A DNA stretch of 60,271 nt, the filler included, from Sphacelaria rigidula (lineage: Eukaryota): assembly GCA_964200075.2 (NCBI GenBank). It is 10 parts of 10 records of this genome, joined end to end, with 100 filler letters (N's around TTAATTAATTAA, not from the genome) between each part and the next. Parts side by side here need not be neighbours in the genome. Positions count along the whole stretch, not along the records: positions 24,150 to 30,086 come from CAXNAA020023342.1; positions 30,187 to 36,123 come from CAXNAA020023343.1; 8 more parts are not named here. One strand, 5' to 3'. The number at the start of each line of letters is the position of its first letter. Position 1 is the stretch's first letter. The notes below the pieces were generated by a model, which had not been told where the DNA came from, searched no databases, and worked only from the letters and a program-made list of their open reading frames with translations. Positions 24,187 through 34,858 of this stretch are shown here, piece by piece. The position numbers and the translations under genes were made by a program.

Positions 24187-24259
24187 AGGGATGCGTGGTC
24201 AATGGTCAAACGACTAAGGCAAGCAACAAATAAGTACGCCCCCCCCCCCCCACCCCCCC
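24187..24259 (-). repeat. G-run-headed short repeat family copy
   Basis: agggatgcgtggtcaatggtcaaacgactaaggcaagcaacaaataagtacg + poly-C on the + strand. Confidence 0.8.
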
Positions 24260-24412
24260 GCAACTGGCGTGTGGCACGCTCTTGTCGTCGCGCACGCACA
24301 GGTACCCATGTCGGGTCCAATCAACGATGAATAAAAAAGAGGAAATTGCGGTTGAATCGTATTGCCACAGCACCGTCCTCGCTGGCATGTGTGTGACAGA
24401 GAACAGTAGCGG

Positions 24413-24769
24413 TTACGGGAACATCGCCCTGTTTTTCATCGACGTGTTCTGCAGCGCACAGAGGCACGTCCTGTCCAAAAAGAGAGGAAGAGAGGAATCG
24501 ACATTTGCAATGGTAAGATTCACAGACAAGAAGAGACGACACCTCGGCCCCTCGATGTTCTTTTGGGGGGCTATGTCGCAATAACCTGCCCACCGGCACA
24601 TGGGAGAGTGGATACATGCTGGTAACATGCATGATGCCAGTCTCTCGAGCGATTGGGATCCGCCGAGCGAGGACATACAGAGCACACATGCGAGGAGCTT
24701 CCTCTCTGCCGTAACTCCTCCGGTGGTATTGTCATCGACACGCGTGTACACCGCATTCGTTGGGTGCAC
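24413..24769 (-). pseudogene. Possible two-exon RING-finger fragment (24769-24594, 24470-24413) with a premature stop
   Basis: Spliced translation ...CVLC-x17-LPACIHSPMCRTC...MFP* resembles a C3HC4 RING lacking the final CxxC. GT-AG sites are compatible in phase 2. Confidence 0.35.
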
Positions 24770-26165
24770 CTAGCCACAGTTGCTTAGCTGCTGCAGCTTT
24801 GGGGGGGGGGGGGGGGGGGGTGGTGTTTTCTGGCGGAAGTTTTTCCGCCATTTCCTGGTGAAAAAAACAAAAGATCAGTGCACCNNNNNNNNNNCTTATG
24901 GGCTCACTTATAGGCCCATGTATGGTACCTTCTGGAGATGTCTGTAGGGGATTGATGGGACGCGGTATAGGGGTCTTTTCTCTCGGTGCAACTGTTTCGC
25001 GCCATTCCTGCAGAAAAAACAATATGCCGCTTGAACCCCAGTTTAGTTTTCAGCCCCCGAAATAAGAACCCGCTGTTCATTGCCCATCTGAACTCTGTAT
25101 AACACACGCGGGGGTAAACCAATTATGATCTCTCCCATGAACAGTTATATTCGTGTTTGCCTATTTGGCGTGCTAGAGCCGGAAAGAAATGTGTTTTGGA
25201 CCAAAAGCGATCAAAAAGACCCCCAGTCAATTCAACTCGGAAGTCGTTTAATATTGAGCGCAGATAAGTCTTTTGCGGGATGTGGAACGAATGCCTAATA
25301 TCTCCCGACTCCCAAATGTTGGGATCAACCGCTCGCCGGGATGAGGCCGTGTCTCAGCACATCAGGTTTCGATCGAAAAAGTGCGGTGATAAACAAAGGT
25401 CCTGGTCTGATTGGTCGTGATTTCAACCATCTTTAAAATTAACGATGGTTAAAATTGCGACCTCTCAGTTCGGGATTTTGTTTCCACCACACAACTTCCA
25501 TCGAAAACTAGTGTGCTAAGGTGCTACGTGATTAGCAGTAGCACAGCAAGCCGCACCCCAATAAAGGGATATAACAAGCTCGCCCTGATGTGCGACTCGT
25601 TAAACTAGGCTGGAGGTTCTCAATCTCAACACAACACTGCCAACTGTTTGGGGAGACACAACCCAAGCCTGGAGGAAAATTGCAATCGGTGGATAAGGAT
25701 ACTCGTACAAACACAGCTTCACAGACTTACGCCGGTTGGCTGTAGACTTGAAGACCGAGTAGAACAGAAGAGATCGATGAGATTGCGACGTTTGAAAGCT
25801 CTTTTCCTCTATGCAAAAGATGTCTGTAGATCAGCCCGTGGGATAAGTAAGCAGCAGGGGGTGGGCAGGCGCTGCTCGACCCTACCCTGCCTCGCGTACA
25901 ACCCTGTCATATTACAAAATCCCGGCGTGTGCCTCCAACCAATCAAGCGTTGACACGCATGTGCCCCATATGGCTAGTCCGGCGTAGGCAATGTCCGAAC
26001 ATAAACTCATGAAAACGCCAAATCAACCATGCAATAATCCAATTCCTACTTTAAACAAGCGCACATTCGACCAGGACCCTATTCTCTTACTCGCCGATCG
26101 TTTGTGAAACGATCGTGATATCCCACTGTGCTATTTTAATCCTCACACGCGGTCATATACCATCA

Positions 26166-26653
26166 CAGAGGTCGGAGGTTACGGCAAACAGATTTTTGGC
26201 ACACGGATTGTTCACTCTTGGGACGTTTGACCCACGTTTTGACCTCCGAATAGGGAAAATCGTTAACACACGTCGCGGACACTTTGCATCACCCTACAGA
26301 GAGGAGCCTAGTCTGCTTTTTAGATTTGCTTGGCTACGAGGTTTCGAGATTGGCCGCTGAACAAAAACGCGTGTGCAAAAATTTGTGCTTCCCGACCCCC
26401 GCCAGTTTGCCCAATAATCTGTGGAGATCACCGTAGATTTTACTGCACACGGGTTATTGTTCAGCGGCCGCTCTCGAAATCTTGGAGCCAAGCGAATCTG
26501 AAACGTGGGCTAGGCTCCTCTCTGCAGGGTGATGCAAAGTGTCCAAGACGTGCGTTGACGATTTTCCCTGATTGGGGATCAAACTGTGGCTCAAACGTCG
26601 CAAAAGTGAACAATCCTTGGGCCGAATGTGTGTGCCATAACATCCGGTCTATG
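26166..26653. repeat. Long imperfect inverted repeat (foldback MITE-like), ~220-bp arms, ~50-bp loop
   Basis: ggacactttgcatcaccctacagagaggagcctag vs ctaggctcctctctgcagggtgatgcaaagtgtcc. The opposite-strand ORFs 26115-26360 and 26461-26727 give near-identical peptides. Confidence 0.9.
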
Positions 26654-26937
26654 GCACGCGCCCTGAGCGGTGGCACGCGAAACAACAATTGAAAATCGCC
26701 GACTTTGAAAAGAATACAATCTCCCACAGTATTTCAGATGGAAGCTGCTGTACTCGTGCATGTTATACAGTGGTGCAAAATTTGGAGATGAACTTCACTT
26801 GGCCCCAAGATTTTTATCGGCGGCTTGGGTCTGCGCAGCCAGGACGTGGAGGGCATTGGTAGATAAATGTGTCTTAGCCACGAGCTGGGACAGCCGAAAA
26901 GCGGATTTAAGTTCTAAAAGCAATATATCATGAACAC

Positions 26938-27544
26938 GGCCGCGCCCCGGGGGGGTAATGGTCCGACTGTCGCCATTAGGGTGGAGAGAACGGGGGTTCG
27001 ATTCCCGATGCGTTGGGGTTTTTCTTCGAGATGTATTATTTCCACCGTGGAAAGCGTGAGAGCGTGAGTAAACAAAAGTAGCCGATTGGGTTGTGTGACG
27101 TGAGCTGACGCGGTGCGGGAGTGCTGATCCAATCCGCGAGGTCAAAATGTAAGGCGCGTACCGAGGGAGAGATGGGTTGATCCCTTGAGACCACAGACTC
27201 ATAACACAGGATCTTACGAATTGGGGATGGATCTTTTATTGGAGATGAGAAACCCGGAGAATTCCCGGTGTCCGAACGGACGCCAAAATGGTTCCGAAAA
27301 TAGTTCTTCACCTAGGACCCCATCATTTCGGTGATCGAAATAAAAATTTCTATGGCGTGTAGGAGTTGTCAATAGCTATCAGTAGGCGACGAAATGTAGC
27401 CATATTTCGAAGAGTTGGTGTGGATACGGAGATTTTAGTTATCCGAGTTTCTCACCCCCAATAGAAGATCCATCCCCAATTTTCAAGATTCCGTGTTTCA
27501 TCCCGAAGGAGGGGAGGAGATCAAAGTGTGAGGAAAAAAAAAAA
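26938..27544 (+). mobile_element. tRNA-derived SINE-like insertion with poly(A) tail, interrupted by a MITE
   Basis: A-box-like gggggtaatggtc and B-box ggttcgattccc at about 26950-27006, A11 tail at 27534-27544. Absent from the homologous host repeat at 30476-30860. Confidence 0.65.
27203..27497. mobile_element. MITE with ~60-bp TIRs and 4-bp TSD (TCAT)
   Basis: aacacaggatcttacgaattggggatggatctt... and ...aagatccatccccaattttcaagattccgtgtt, with TCAT on both flanks. An empty-site homologue lies at about 57804-57890. Confidence 0.8.
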
Positions 27545-27906
27545 GACGAGTTGGGCTGTGATCCGCATATCGTGCTAATCGTCCAACCAAGGGAAAGGTG
27601 CCCATCTGCTCAAAAGTTTGGGCCTATATTTTCTCGTCGATGAAACTCCATGTCTGGTGATTCCTATCCCTAACGGAGATAGCGCCCATACTAAAATCTC
27701 TATGAAACCCCCGATCAATGCATTCAGCGGATGACGACGAATTTTGGTTTGGACATTCTCTGGAGCACGGGGAGACGAGATACCCGCCTCACCTTCACCT
27801 AATTCGTTATCTATCCCGAGATATGGCACACATAAGTTTGCATACTGAAATCAATATATTACGAGCTGAGATCGGACTAATGTGCGGAAATAATAATAAT
27901 AATAAT
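27545..27906 (+). repeat. Dispersed repeat with (AAT)n tail; homologues at 30535-30860 and 3' end at 12107-12150
   Basis: Long near-identity with 30535-30860 (e.g. atgaaacccccgatc-atgcattcagcg-atgacgacga). gagatcggactaatgtgcggaaataataataat is shared with 12107. Confidence 0.85.
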
Positions 27907-28239
27907 GCAGCCAAATGATACCAAGCCGTAGGTTTCAGTATAACCGCATGCATGATTGAAGCAGTCGCAGGGGATATGGGATCCTGGATTAATGATCCTT
28001 CTCTGTGTGGCCCCTTGCTGCTGGCTTGTGATGTGGTCTGTTGAGGATCACTCCGTAATAATAACGTGTGAAAAGAAAGGACTTGTTGAGCACGAGGCCA
28101 GTGCTACTGGAGGAGTCCCTCGTGGAAAGTCCTCTTGTTCAGATCGTCTGGCAGAGGCTGCAATATCTAGATATTATTCTTACGGCACTCTGTTAAAGGA
28201 TATTTGGCTGAGAGATTGGGCTACAGCTTAGAGCCAGTT

Positions 28240-30024
28240 CAGCCCGCAGACAGGAGGAGACCAGCCCGAAGCGCACAGCATTGAGAGAACGCTGCGTGAG
28301 CTGGAGGACGCACAAGTCAGGCAAGAGTATCTCTGTGCAGTGTTTGAAGCATAGACGACATGGCTCAAGCGGCGGCAGCGCCGCTGATGTTGGGTGAGCC
28401 ACTACAGCCGCCACAGTATGGTGAAGTATGGACCGAGGAAGCATCACTGTTTTGTTTTGCAAGATACGTTGAATACATCCAGCGGTGAAGTCTAGTGCAT
28501 TCCGAAGGGATCACACGGCATGAGAGGGTGAGCAGAGGTCAATTTATCCCTACATACATTCACCGCTGCTTTGAAGACATGTACAAGGAAGGTCGGGCTA
28601 TGACCCCCGATGGATTGCTTGATGCTGTGGTGTAGCATGCCGGGTATACTACAACCGGTGGAAAGCATGACGCTACACGGGCTACAGCAGAAGTGCATAG
28701 GGTGCTTACAATGAAGCAAAGCGATGAAAAGTCCGTGAAGAATCGTGCTATGATGGTTAGTTCAGACTTGGAACGTCTTTTTGCTAAACATCTGATGGTG
28801 CAAGCAATGTATCGTGCGGAGGACAAGAGTTGGTCGCCTGGCCCGGCCGAGTCGGTTTCCATAGCTTTGGTGGACGGGATTTCGCCCCCGGAATTCAAGG
28901 CGTATGTTAGAAGTGTACTAACGTCTGTTGACGGCTGGAAAAAGAACCCGACGGTGGTGTTCAAAAACATATTCGAGGCGGCCGACCAGTGGAAGTTCAT
29001 TGAAGAACATGGCCGGCGCGACTCTGCAACAAGTGCAGGTGGTATGCGCCGCAAACCGCAACAGCAGCAGAAGCAGCAGCCGTCTTCGCGAAAGTCGTCC
29101 ACTCGCGCGTGTTACAACTGCGGCGACACCGGACATATGATCAAGGATTGCCCCAAGCCTCGCGCTCAAGGCGCGGCAAAGGGCAATGCACGAGATTTAT
29201 CAGGATCTCGGGGCGAACATCACGGTGGACGGGGCCGTGCCATTCAGGGACACGGGCGCGGCGGCCGCGGTAGCAAGCAATCGGCAGCGGATGATGGTAC
29301 CTCCGCTGCTGTTTCTTCCTCCACGTCATCAGGTGGTGACTCTGGATCTTATGGTTCGTCCGTCGCGAGGCGGACAGTGTACGTGGGAAACGCAAATACT
29401 TCGGTGGGGAGTGCTGGAGGGAATAGCTGACAACCCCTCGGCAAGGCAGGATCCGTGTCTCGTGTATTCCCAACGGCTGCGACGGGTGTAACAACGTCGT
29501 CTGCATATTTGGCGACTTGGTCTGGTTGGACCGACGATTCGCAGCTATTGATGCCAAGTGCTGGAGGGCATCCCTGGCGTCAGGTGAATCTTGGGACAGA
29601 GCAGAGTTCTTCGGCAGGCGTGGTACCTGTCAATCGCAAGGCTGAATGCTTGCGCGCAGATCTAGCCTTGCCTGGTTCTGTAGGTTCGTTCATGGCCCGC
29701 GTTATTCTGGATTCTGGGTCCGCTCTCACGTCGATCGGTGTGGTGTTTCTTGAGCAAATGTCTTCGCAGTTTGGCGGCGCTGAGCTTCAAATTCGGTTTG
29801 AAAACGGACCGCAAACGGCGCAGACCGCCACGGATGCTCCCGTGACGATTACACATAAAACGGTACCAATTACTGTTAGCGTGCGTACGCCGTGGGGGGC
29901 TGTGCAGTTGCAGGCCATTACTTTCGCTGTCATGCCCGGTAGGGACAACTTGGTTCTGTTTGGGATGGTGATAATTAAGGGACTTGGAATTGATTTATAT
30001 CCGCTGGCGTTGGAGAGGTTCATA
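28240..30024 (+). mobile_element. Partial, degenerate Ty3/gypsy LTR retrotransposon (gag + protease)
   Basis: Gag with CCHC knuckle followed by an aspartic protease. 5' boundary uncertain. Interrupted at about 30025 by a MITE just before the contig end. Confidence 0.8.
28693..29430 (+). CDS. gag: Retrotransposon Gag C-terminal part with zinc knuckle
   Basis: CYNCGDTGHMIKDC (CX2CX4HX4C), flanked by Q-rich and G/R-rich stretches. Confidence 0.8.
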   Translation: MHRVLTMKQSDEKSVKNRAMMVSSDLERLFAKHLMVQAMYRAEDKSWSPGPAESVSIALVDGISPPEFKAYVRSVLTSVDGWKKNPTVVFKNIFEAADQWKFIEEHGRRDSATSAGGMRRKPQQQQKQQPSSRKSSTRACYNCGDTGHMIKDCPKPRAQGAAKGNARDLSGSRGEHHGGRGRAIQGHGRGGRGSKQSAADDGTSAAVSSSTSSGGDSGSYGSSVARRTVYVGNANTSVGSAGGNS

Positions 30025-30030
30025 CCCTGA
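29455..30030 (+). CDS. Retrotransposon aspartic protease region (truncated)
   Basis: ARVILDSGSALT catalytic motif. VRTPWGAVQL..ITFAVMPG....LFG is homologous to 34062-34350. Confidence 0.8.
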   Translation: MSRVFPTAATGVTTSSAYLATWSGWTDDSQLLMPSAGGHPWRQVNLGTEQSSSAGVVPVNRKAECLRADLALPGSVGSFMARVILDSGSALTSIGVVFLEQMSSQFGGAELQIRFENGPQTAQTATDAPVTITHKTVPITVSVRTPWGAVQLQAITFAVMPGRDNLVLFGMVIIKGLGIDLYPLALERFIP

Positions 30031-30086
30031 ACAATAGAATACACGGTCGAAAAATGTACTGCGTACAGTATGGAATCTATTGTCTA
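30022..30086. mobile_element. Left arm of an ACCCTGG-family foldback MITE, cut by the contig end
   Basis: accctgaacaatag...aaaaatgtactgcgtacagtatgg..tctattg resembles the left arms at 49204 and 45820. Confidence 0.6.
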
Positions 30087-30186
30087 NNNNNNNNNNNNNN
30101 NNNNNNNNNNNNNNNNNNNNNNNNNNNNNNTTAATTAATTAANNNNNNNNNNNNNNNNNNNNNNNNNNNNNNNNNNNNNNNNNNNN
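30087..30186. other. Artificial contig-join spacer
   Basis: 44 N + TTAATTAATTAA + 44 N. Confidence 0.98.
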
Positions 30187-30229
30187 ATCCAAATCCTGCC
30201 TTATACAACACACTTTTGACTAGAATCTT

Positions 30230-30475
30230 TCCATACCCGTCGGTCGTTTCTGGGGATCATCTGCATCCCCAAAGAACTAGTTTAATTCAGGCACTCAGTC
30301 ATTTACCATCACACTTGTGTGCACATAAATTCCACCATGAGGTGTACCCAAACGATTGTTGTCCGATAACGGCCCGCACTTTGCCGGCAACAGTTCTGCC
30401 GCGATCAGTAACCTCCAGGGTGCTCATCCCATTTTTGCTAGCTCATACCATCCGTCCACAAACGGTGAGACTGAA
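30230..30475 (+). pseudogene. Degenerate Ty3/gypsy integrase core fragment
   Basis: 30341-30475 reads GVPKRLLSDNGPHFAGNSSAAISNLQGAHPIFASSYHPSTNGETE (second D and E of the DDE triad), preceded by IPP* (W to stop). Confidence 0.75.
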
Positions 30476-31436
30476 CTACGAGCTGAGCCAGCCTAGAAAT
30501 GTATTTGAGCTCTCAAAGCAATATATCATCGACACAAACGAGTTGGGCCATGACCCGCATATCGTGTGAATTCTCTTATTAAGGGGAACGTGCCCATCTG
30601 CTCAAAAGTCTGGATCAATATTTTCTCGTCGATTAAACCCCACGTCTAGCGATTCCTATACATAACGGAGATAGCATCCACACTAAAATCTATATGAAAC
30701 CCCCGATCGATGCATTCAGCGAATGACGACGATTTTTGGTGTGGACATTCCCTGAAGCACGGGGAGACGATAGATACCCTAAACTTCACCCAATTCGTTA
30801 TCTATATCGAAATACGGCGAACATGAGTTTCTATACTAAAATCAATATATTACGAGCAGAGGCACTAGATGAACTGAATTTGAATATCACGTCTCAGGTT
30901 TTGAGAGTTATGCTATGAAATTTCGTATGGAGAACCGATGGCGTATAATGAAGGTAAAAGAAATAGCTTTTATTTTTTTCGTTTTATTATTATTGTGTTT
31001 TTCCGTTTTTACGGCAGTTTCGAGGAGTAATTTACACTGTTCTTGGGCCTCATCTGAATGTCTTAGCTCACTTTTTAAAATCGTGATTTGAAACTCAGGA
31101 TACAGAACCACATAGGTATCCTGAATTAAAAGAAAATGGGCCCTCAGTTTCGGGGGGGGGGAGGTTTGGGCGTTCTCGTGAAAAAGTGGTCGTTTCCATA
31201 CGAAAACTCCCTGAACCAGCGAAGAAATAAATGAATAAACCTGGCCCACTTTGTTTTATCAATTATGCCCCAGCCACGGCCCACATAAAGTTTCAATACA
31301 CAAGCACAAACGTGGGCCTGTAAGTGGCTTGCAAAATACTCTTCCGAATTTCCTCTGACCCCGTCACCAAATGGCCCATTCTTCGGCCAATATTTAGAGT
31401 TGGACCCTCAAATTTGGTATGGACAATGAACAGGGC

Positions 31437-31655
31437 TGTGACGCCACCTAGTGGAAGAACTGCTAGATCACTGCTGTTGAGGTACTCCCCAGTCTTACTG
31501 GCCTCAGTTTCAGTTGTCAGCCTTTACAACATCTCATATTATCGGAGTGACCTCCCGAGGCACCCACCTAGACACGCCAGGGTATCAACCTAGTGTCTCC
31601 GGTCATTATCCATATCATCACTACCAACTCAACGTAACGGCGTATTCTCGTCACA
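31437..31655 (-). repeat. 3' LTR
   Basis: tgtgacg...cgtcaca inverted ends. About 21 mismatches in 219 bp vs the other LTR (hand count). Short purine tract GAGGGTGC precedes it on the minus strand. Confidence 0.95.
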
Positions 31656-31729
31656 GCACCCTCAAAGCGCGTTGGACGAAAATCGATCAACAAGCTTGAC
31701 ACATAGAAAACGCCAAAACGATGAGTAAG

Positions 31730-33604
31730 TCACAATTGAATACCAAAATCACTTGTAATGCGAGCAGCAACGGCACGAGTCACGGGCAATTTGCGCAACT
31801 CCTTTGTGAAAAATTCCGGAGCGGCCTCAAGAATGTCCTTGAAAGGCTCCCGCGTACGCTCCTCAACTTCGAAACCAACCCAGTCGACCAACACGATCAA
31901 CGAACGATCATCTGCTTCTACCACTCGGACAATATCAGCCACCTGAAATTGTCCCTGATTGAAAGCATGCTGGAACACGTCCTTAACATCAGCCGTGACA
32001 TTAAGCTGCGAGTCTGGATAAAAACGCAAACGAGCTACATGGGCGGTCTGAACACGACCTGAAACAATGTTTTGAATCTCAAACACGTGCGGGTGGTGAG
32101 CACCAACCACTCTCCATGGACCAGTCCACATCGCCATCAACTTGGGCGTAACACCCGGACGACGCACGCGTGCATACAAGACATAGTCGCCCACCTCAAA
32201 ACTCGGCATTTCCAGCCCCGACGAGGAACCCTCACGTCTACGCGCACGTTCAGCGGCAACACGTTCCTGCATACGAACGTGGGAACGTTCTTGCAAGTTC
32301 AAGACTCCTTGCAACGCACGCTTAATGTGAACATCGTCCAAAACATCACACTTCCATTCCCCCGCCGACGAAGACGCCAGCACCGATAAAGACGTACGAG
32401 GGGCACGACCAAACATCACGTGGTACGGCGTACTATCGCAACGACGACGATACGCTGCATGAAGCGCCCATCGTACCGCCGGCAACACGCCCACCCACTC
32501 GGAAACCACTCTACGCTGCTCGAGAAGAATAGAGCAAAGAGCACGATCTACTTCCTTGACCATGCGTTCGCACGTATCGTTAGACCACGGAGAATACGCT
32601 ACCGCAAACTGGTGATCAACGCGCAAAGCCTCTCGCAATTGGGCCAAGATTGCATTCTTGAAGTGCGTGGCGGTATCACTCACCCACACACGCGGCACCC
32701 CCAAAGGTTTGCCGCAATTCAGCAAAGATGCACCGGTCGATTCAGCCGTACACACTGCTACTGGTTCCAGAGCCACAAAGTTGCTCAAATCATCCATGAT
32801 TGCCAAAATGTATCGAAACCCAGCATCCTGCGACCTAACTTGGGAAGCTAGCGGGCCACTCTTGCCCACGTACAAGAGGTCAAAATGAACGACTTCATTC
32901 GGCGTGGTCCCATGGACCGTTTCGCCGAGCGGGCGGGGAACAACATCGCCCGCCCTCGAGTCAGCACAGTGAAGACACTGGTGGACAAATTCGCGCACAT
33001 GAGTTTCTATCCCCTGCCAGACACAAAATTCTTGCAAGCGCACGAGCGTCGCAGCCACACCACGATGCCTGGCGTCGCGCATGTACGCGCAAATCATCAG
33101 ACGTACATGCAACTGCTTGTCAGAACTCGGAATCCCCAAAGCGTTTCGGCCACGCACATGCACACGAAACAGACCTTCATTGTCCAAGATGGCAGTAGCA
33201 ACGTCCGACTCAAAAGATTGCACATCCGCATCTTCGGCCCCAAGGTCTTTTCGTTGCGCTTGGCGGACAGCAGATTTGGACGGCATCGAGTCATCAGGTT
33301 CACACGGACCATACACAGCCACAGCGCGCACATGCATTTGAATTTCATCTGTGGGCACCTGCATGACCAAACTACCCCAATGGCACTCAGATGCATCCGA
33401 AAACATTGACACCTGACAATCATGACGAGGATGGAACAGCGTCACAGCATGAGCAACCAGATCCTTCGCTGCCGCCCACGCCTGCAGCCTGCCCTCCGTC
33501 CGCGATGCAGCCTTCTCCGGAAACGCCATATTATCTCCACCGGACCACCCCGTCTGCACATTCCGTAACACCAACCCGAGCGCCAACAGAGCCGCCATGC
33601 ACAA
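31730..33604 (-). CDS. pol: Pol remnant: RNase H stub, integrase (zinc finger, DDE, GPY/F) and chromodomain
   Basis: FSDASECHWG; RHRG...CLHC; HFDLLYVG, VSDTATHF, CERMV; WTGPWRV; FQVADIV...VLVDWVGFEVEERTREP. Confidence 0.9.
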   Translation of the reverse strand: MCMAALLALGLVLRNVQTGWSGGDNMAFPEKAASRTEGRLQAWAAAKDLVAHAVTLFHPRHDCQVSMFSDASECHWGSLVMQVPTDEIQMHVRAVAVYGPCEPDDSMPSKSAVRQAQRKDLGAEDADVQSFESDVATAILDNEGLFRVHVRGRNALGIPSSDKQLHVRLMICAYMRDARHRGVAATLVRLQEFCVWQGIETHVREFVHQCLHCADSRAGDVVPRPLGETVHGTTPNEVVHFDLLYVGKSGPLASQVRSQDAGFRYILAIMDDLSNFVALEPVAVCTAESTGASLLNCGKPLGVPRVWVSDTATHFKNAILAQLREALRVDHQFAVAYSPWSNDTCERMVKEVDRALCSILLEQRRVVSEWVGVLPAVRWALHAAYRRRCDSTPYHVMFGRAPRTSLSVLASSSAGEWKCDVLDDVHIKRALQGVLNLQERSHVRMQERVAAERARRREGSSSGLEMPSFEVGDYVLYARVRRPGVTPKLMAMWTGPWRVVGAHHPHVFEIQNIVSGRVQTAHVARLRFYPDSQLNVTADVKDVFQHAFNQGQFQVADIVRVVEADDRSLIVLVDWVGFEVEERTREPFKDILEAAPEFFTKELRKLPVTRAVAARITSDFGIQL

Positions 33605-34061
33605 CGCCGACCAACTCTACTTCACTGAATCGTACCGCCGCGGCTTCGGGTTCACCGCGGACGCCCCAGGTCGTAGTTGAACACGCATGGGCTCCACACG
33701 CGCAGGGGGATTACCCCGCAGCGCACGACGAAACGCGTTGACGCGGTAATGGCATATGCCGCGCAGGCGCTCCGCTTTTGAGACGCTGAGGCCTGTCGCC
33801 CCAGCATCCGTCACGCTCTCCTCCAGCGCGACCTTCCGAGCGGACTCCTCGACCGCCGGAATCATCAACATCTCCGGGCCGCGCTCTACTAAGCGTTCCA
33901 CCGCCGCATCTCGCTCCTCGATTACCTGCCCGCCAGCCTTCTGAAAAGCATCCACCGACAAACTCACCCGACGACTGCCCAAAAGGACGGATATTTTCCA
34001 AGCGTGGACCAGGCGGAGAGATCCGCGTCTTCATGGAGTCCCACAACCGCCGAGCGTTGAC

Positions 34062-34365
34062 TCAAATATCCTGAAGCATCGGCAACCCCAGAAGAATAAC
34101 GCCATCCGACCCCGGCATGACCGCAAACGAGATCGGAGGCAACTGCGCCGGCCCCCAGGGAGCCGTGAAAGTCAGCTGCAGCGGAACGGTATGCTCTATG
34201 ACGTAAACATGCTGACCCGACGCGGTGACGGCCTGCCGCGCCCCGAGCAAAAACGGAATGCGCAGCGGTACACCCGGGAGAAGGCGCTCCAACATCTCTA
34301 CAATCTGTACCGACAGACTCACATGACCCGCCACGTGGGCGCCAGAATCCCACTCAGCCTGAACC
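34062..34365 (-). pseudogene. Retrotransposon aspartic protease
   Basis: VQAEWDSGA motif upstream of and in frame with ORF 34062-34334, plus FTAPWGPAQLPPISFAVMPG...ILLG. Ends in a stop. Confidence 0.75.
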
Positions 34366-34439
34366 GTAATGAGTCCACGCTCCCGTTAATTTGGGAGACA
34401 CAGCTTCGCAGGAAGGTATCTGTCCGCGAACTCCACTGG

Positions 34440-34781
34440 CAATTTATTCGCCAACCGATGCGCCGCTAATCCCGCTTGACGCCACGGCTGCGCAAGCTGC
34501 GCAGGCGAAGACGCCCCGGCAGGTTCAAACGACACCGCCGGCGGGTATGATCTCCAGCCAGCAGACTAAGAATTTGGGGAACCTCCGACCAGCGCGTCAG
34601 CAGGCGTCGCGCCTGGCGCTGCTGCCGATTTCGCTGCCGGCGCCACCACCGGCGCCGGCACAGTGCTCGATACTGTAGAAGTCGGTCCCACCTGCACCGC
34701 CCATTGCGAAGCAGCAGCACCTACAGCGGCGCCGAACCCAGAACCAGAACCATGCTGACGCCGCCGCTGCTGCTGCTGTTG

Positions 34782-34858
<77 letters not shown>

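Noticed and set aside
26938..27015. Functional tRNA gene (also 38460-38536 and 52730-52795)
   Set aside because: A and B boxes are present but acceptor and anticodon stems do not pair well, and each is attached to a repeat body.
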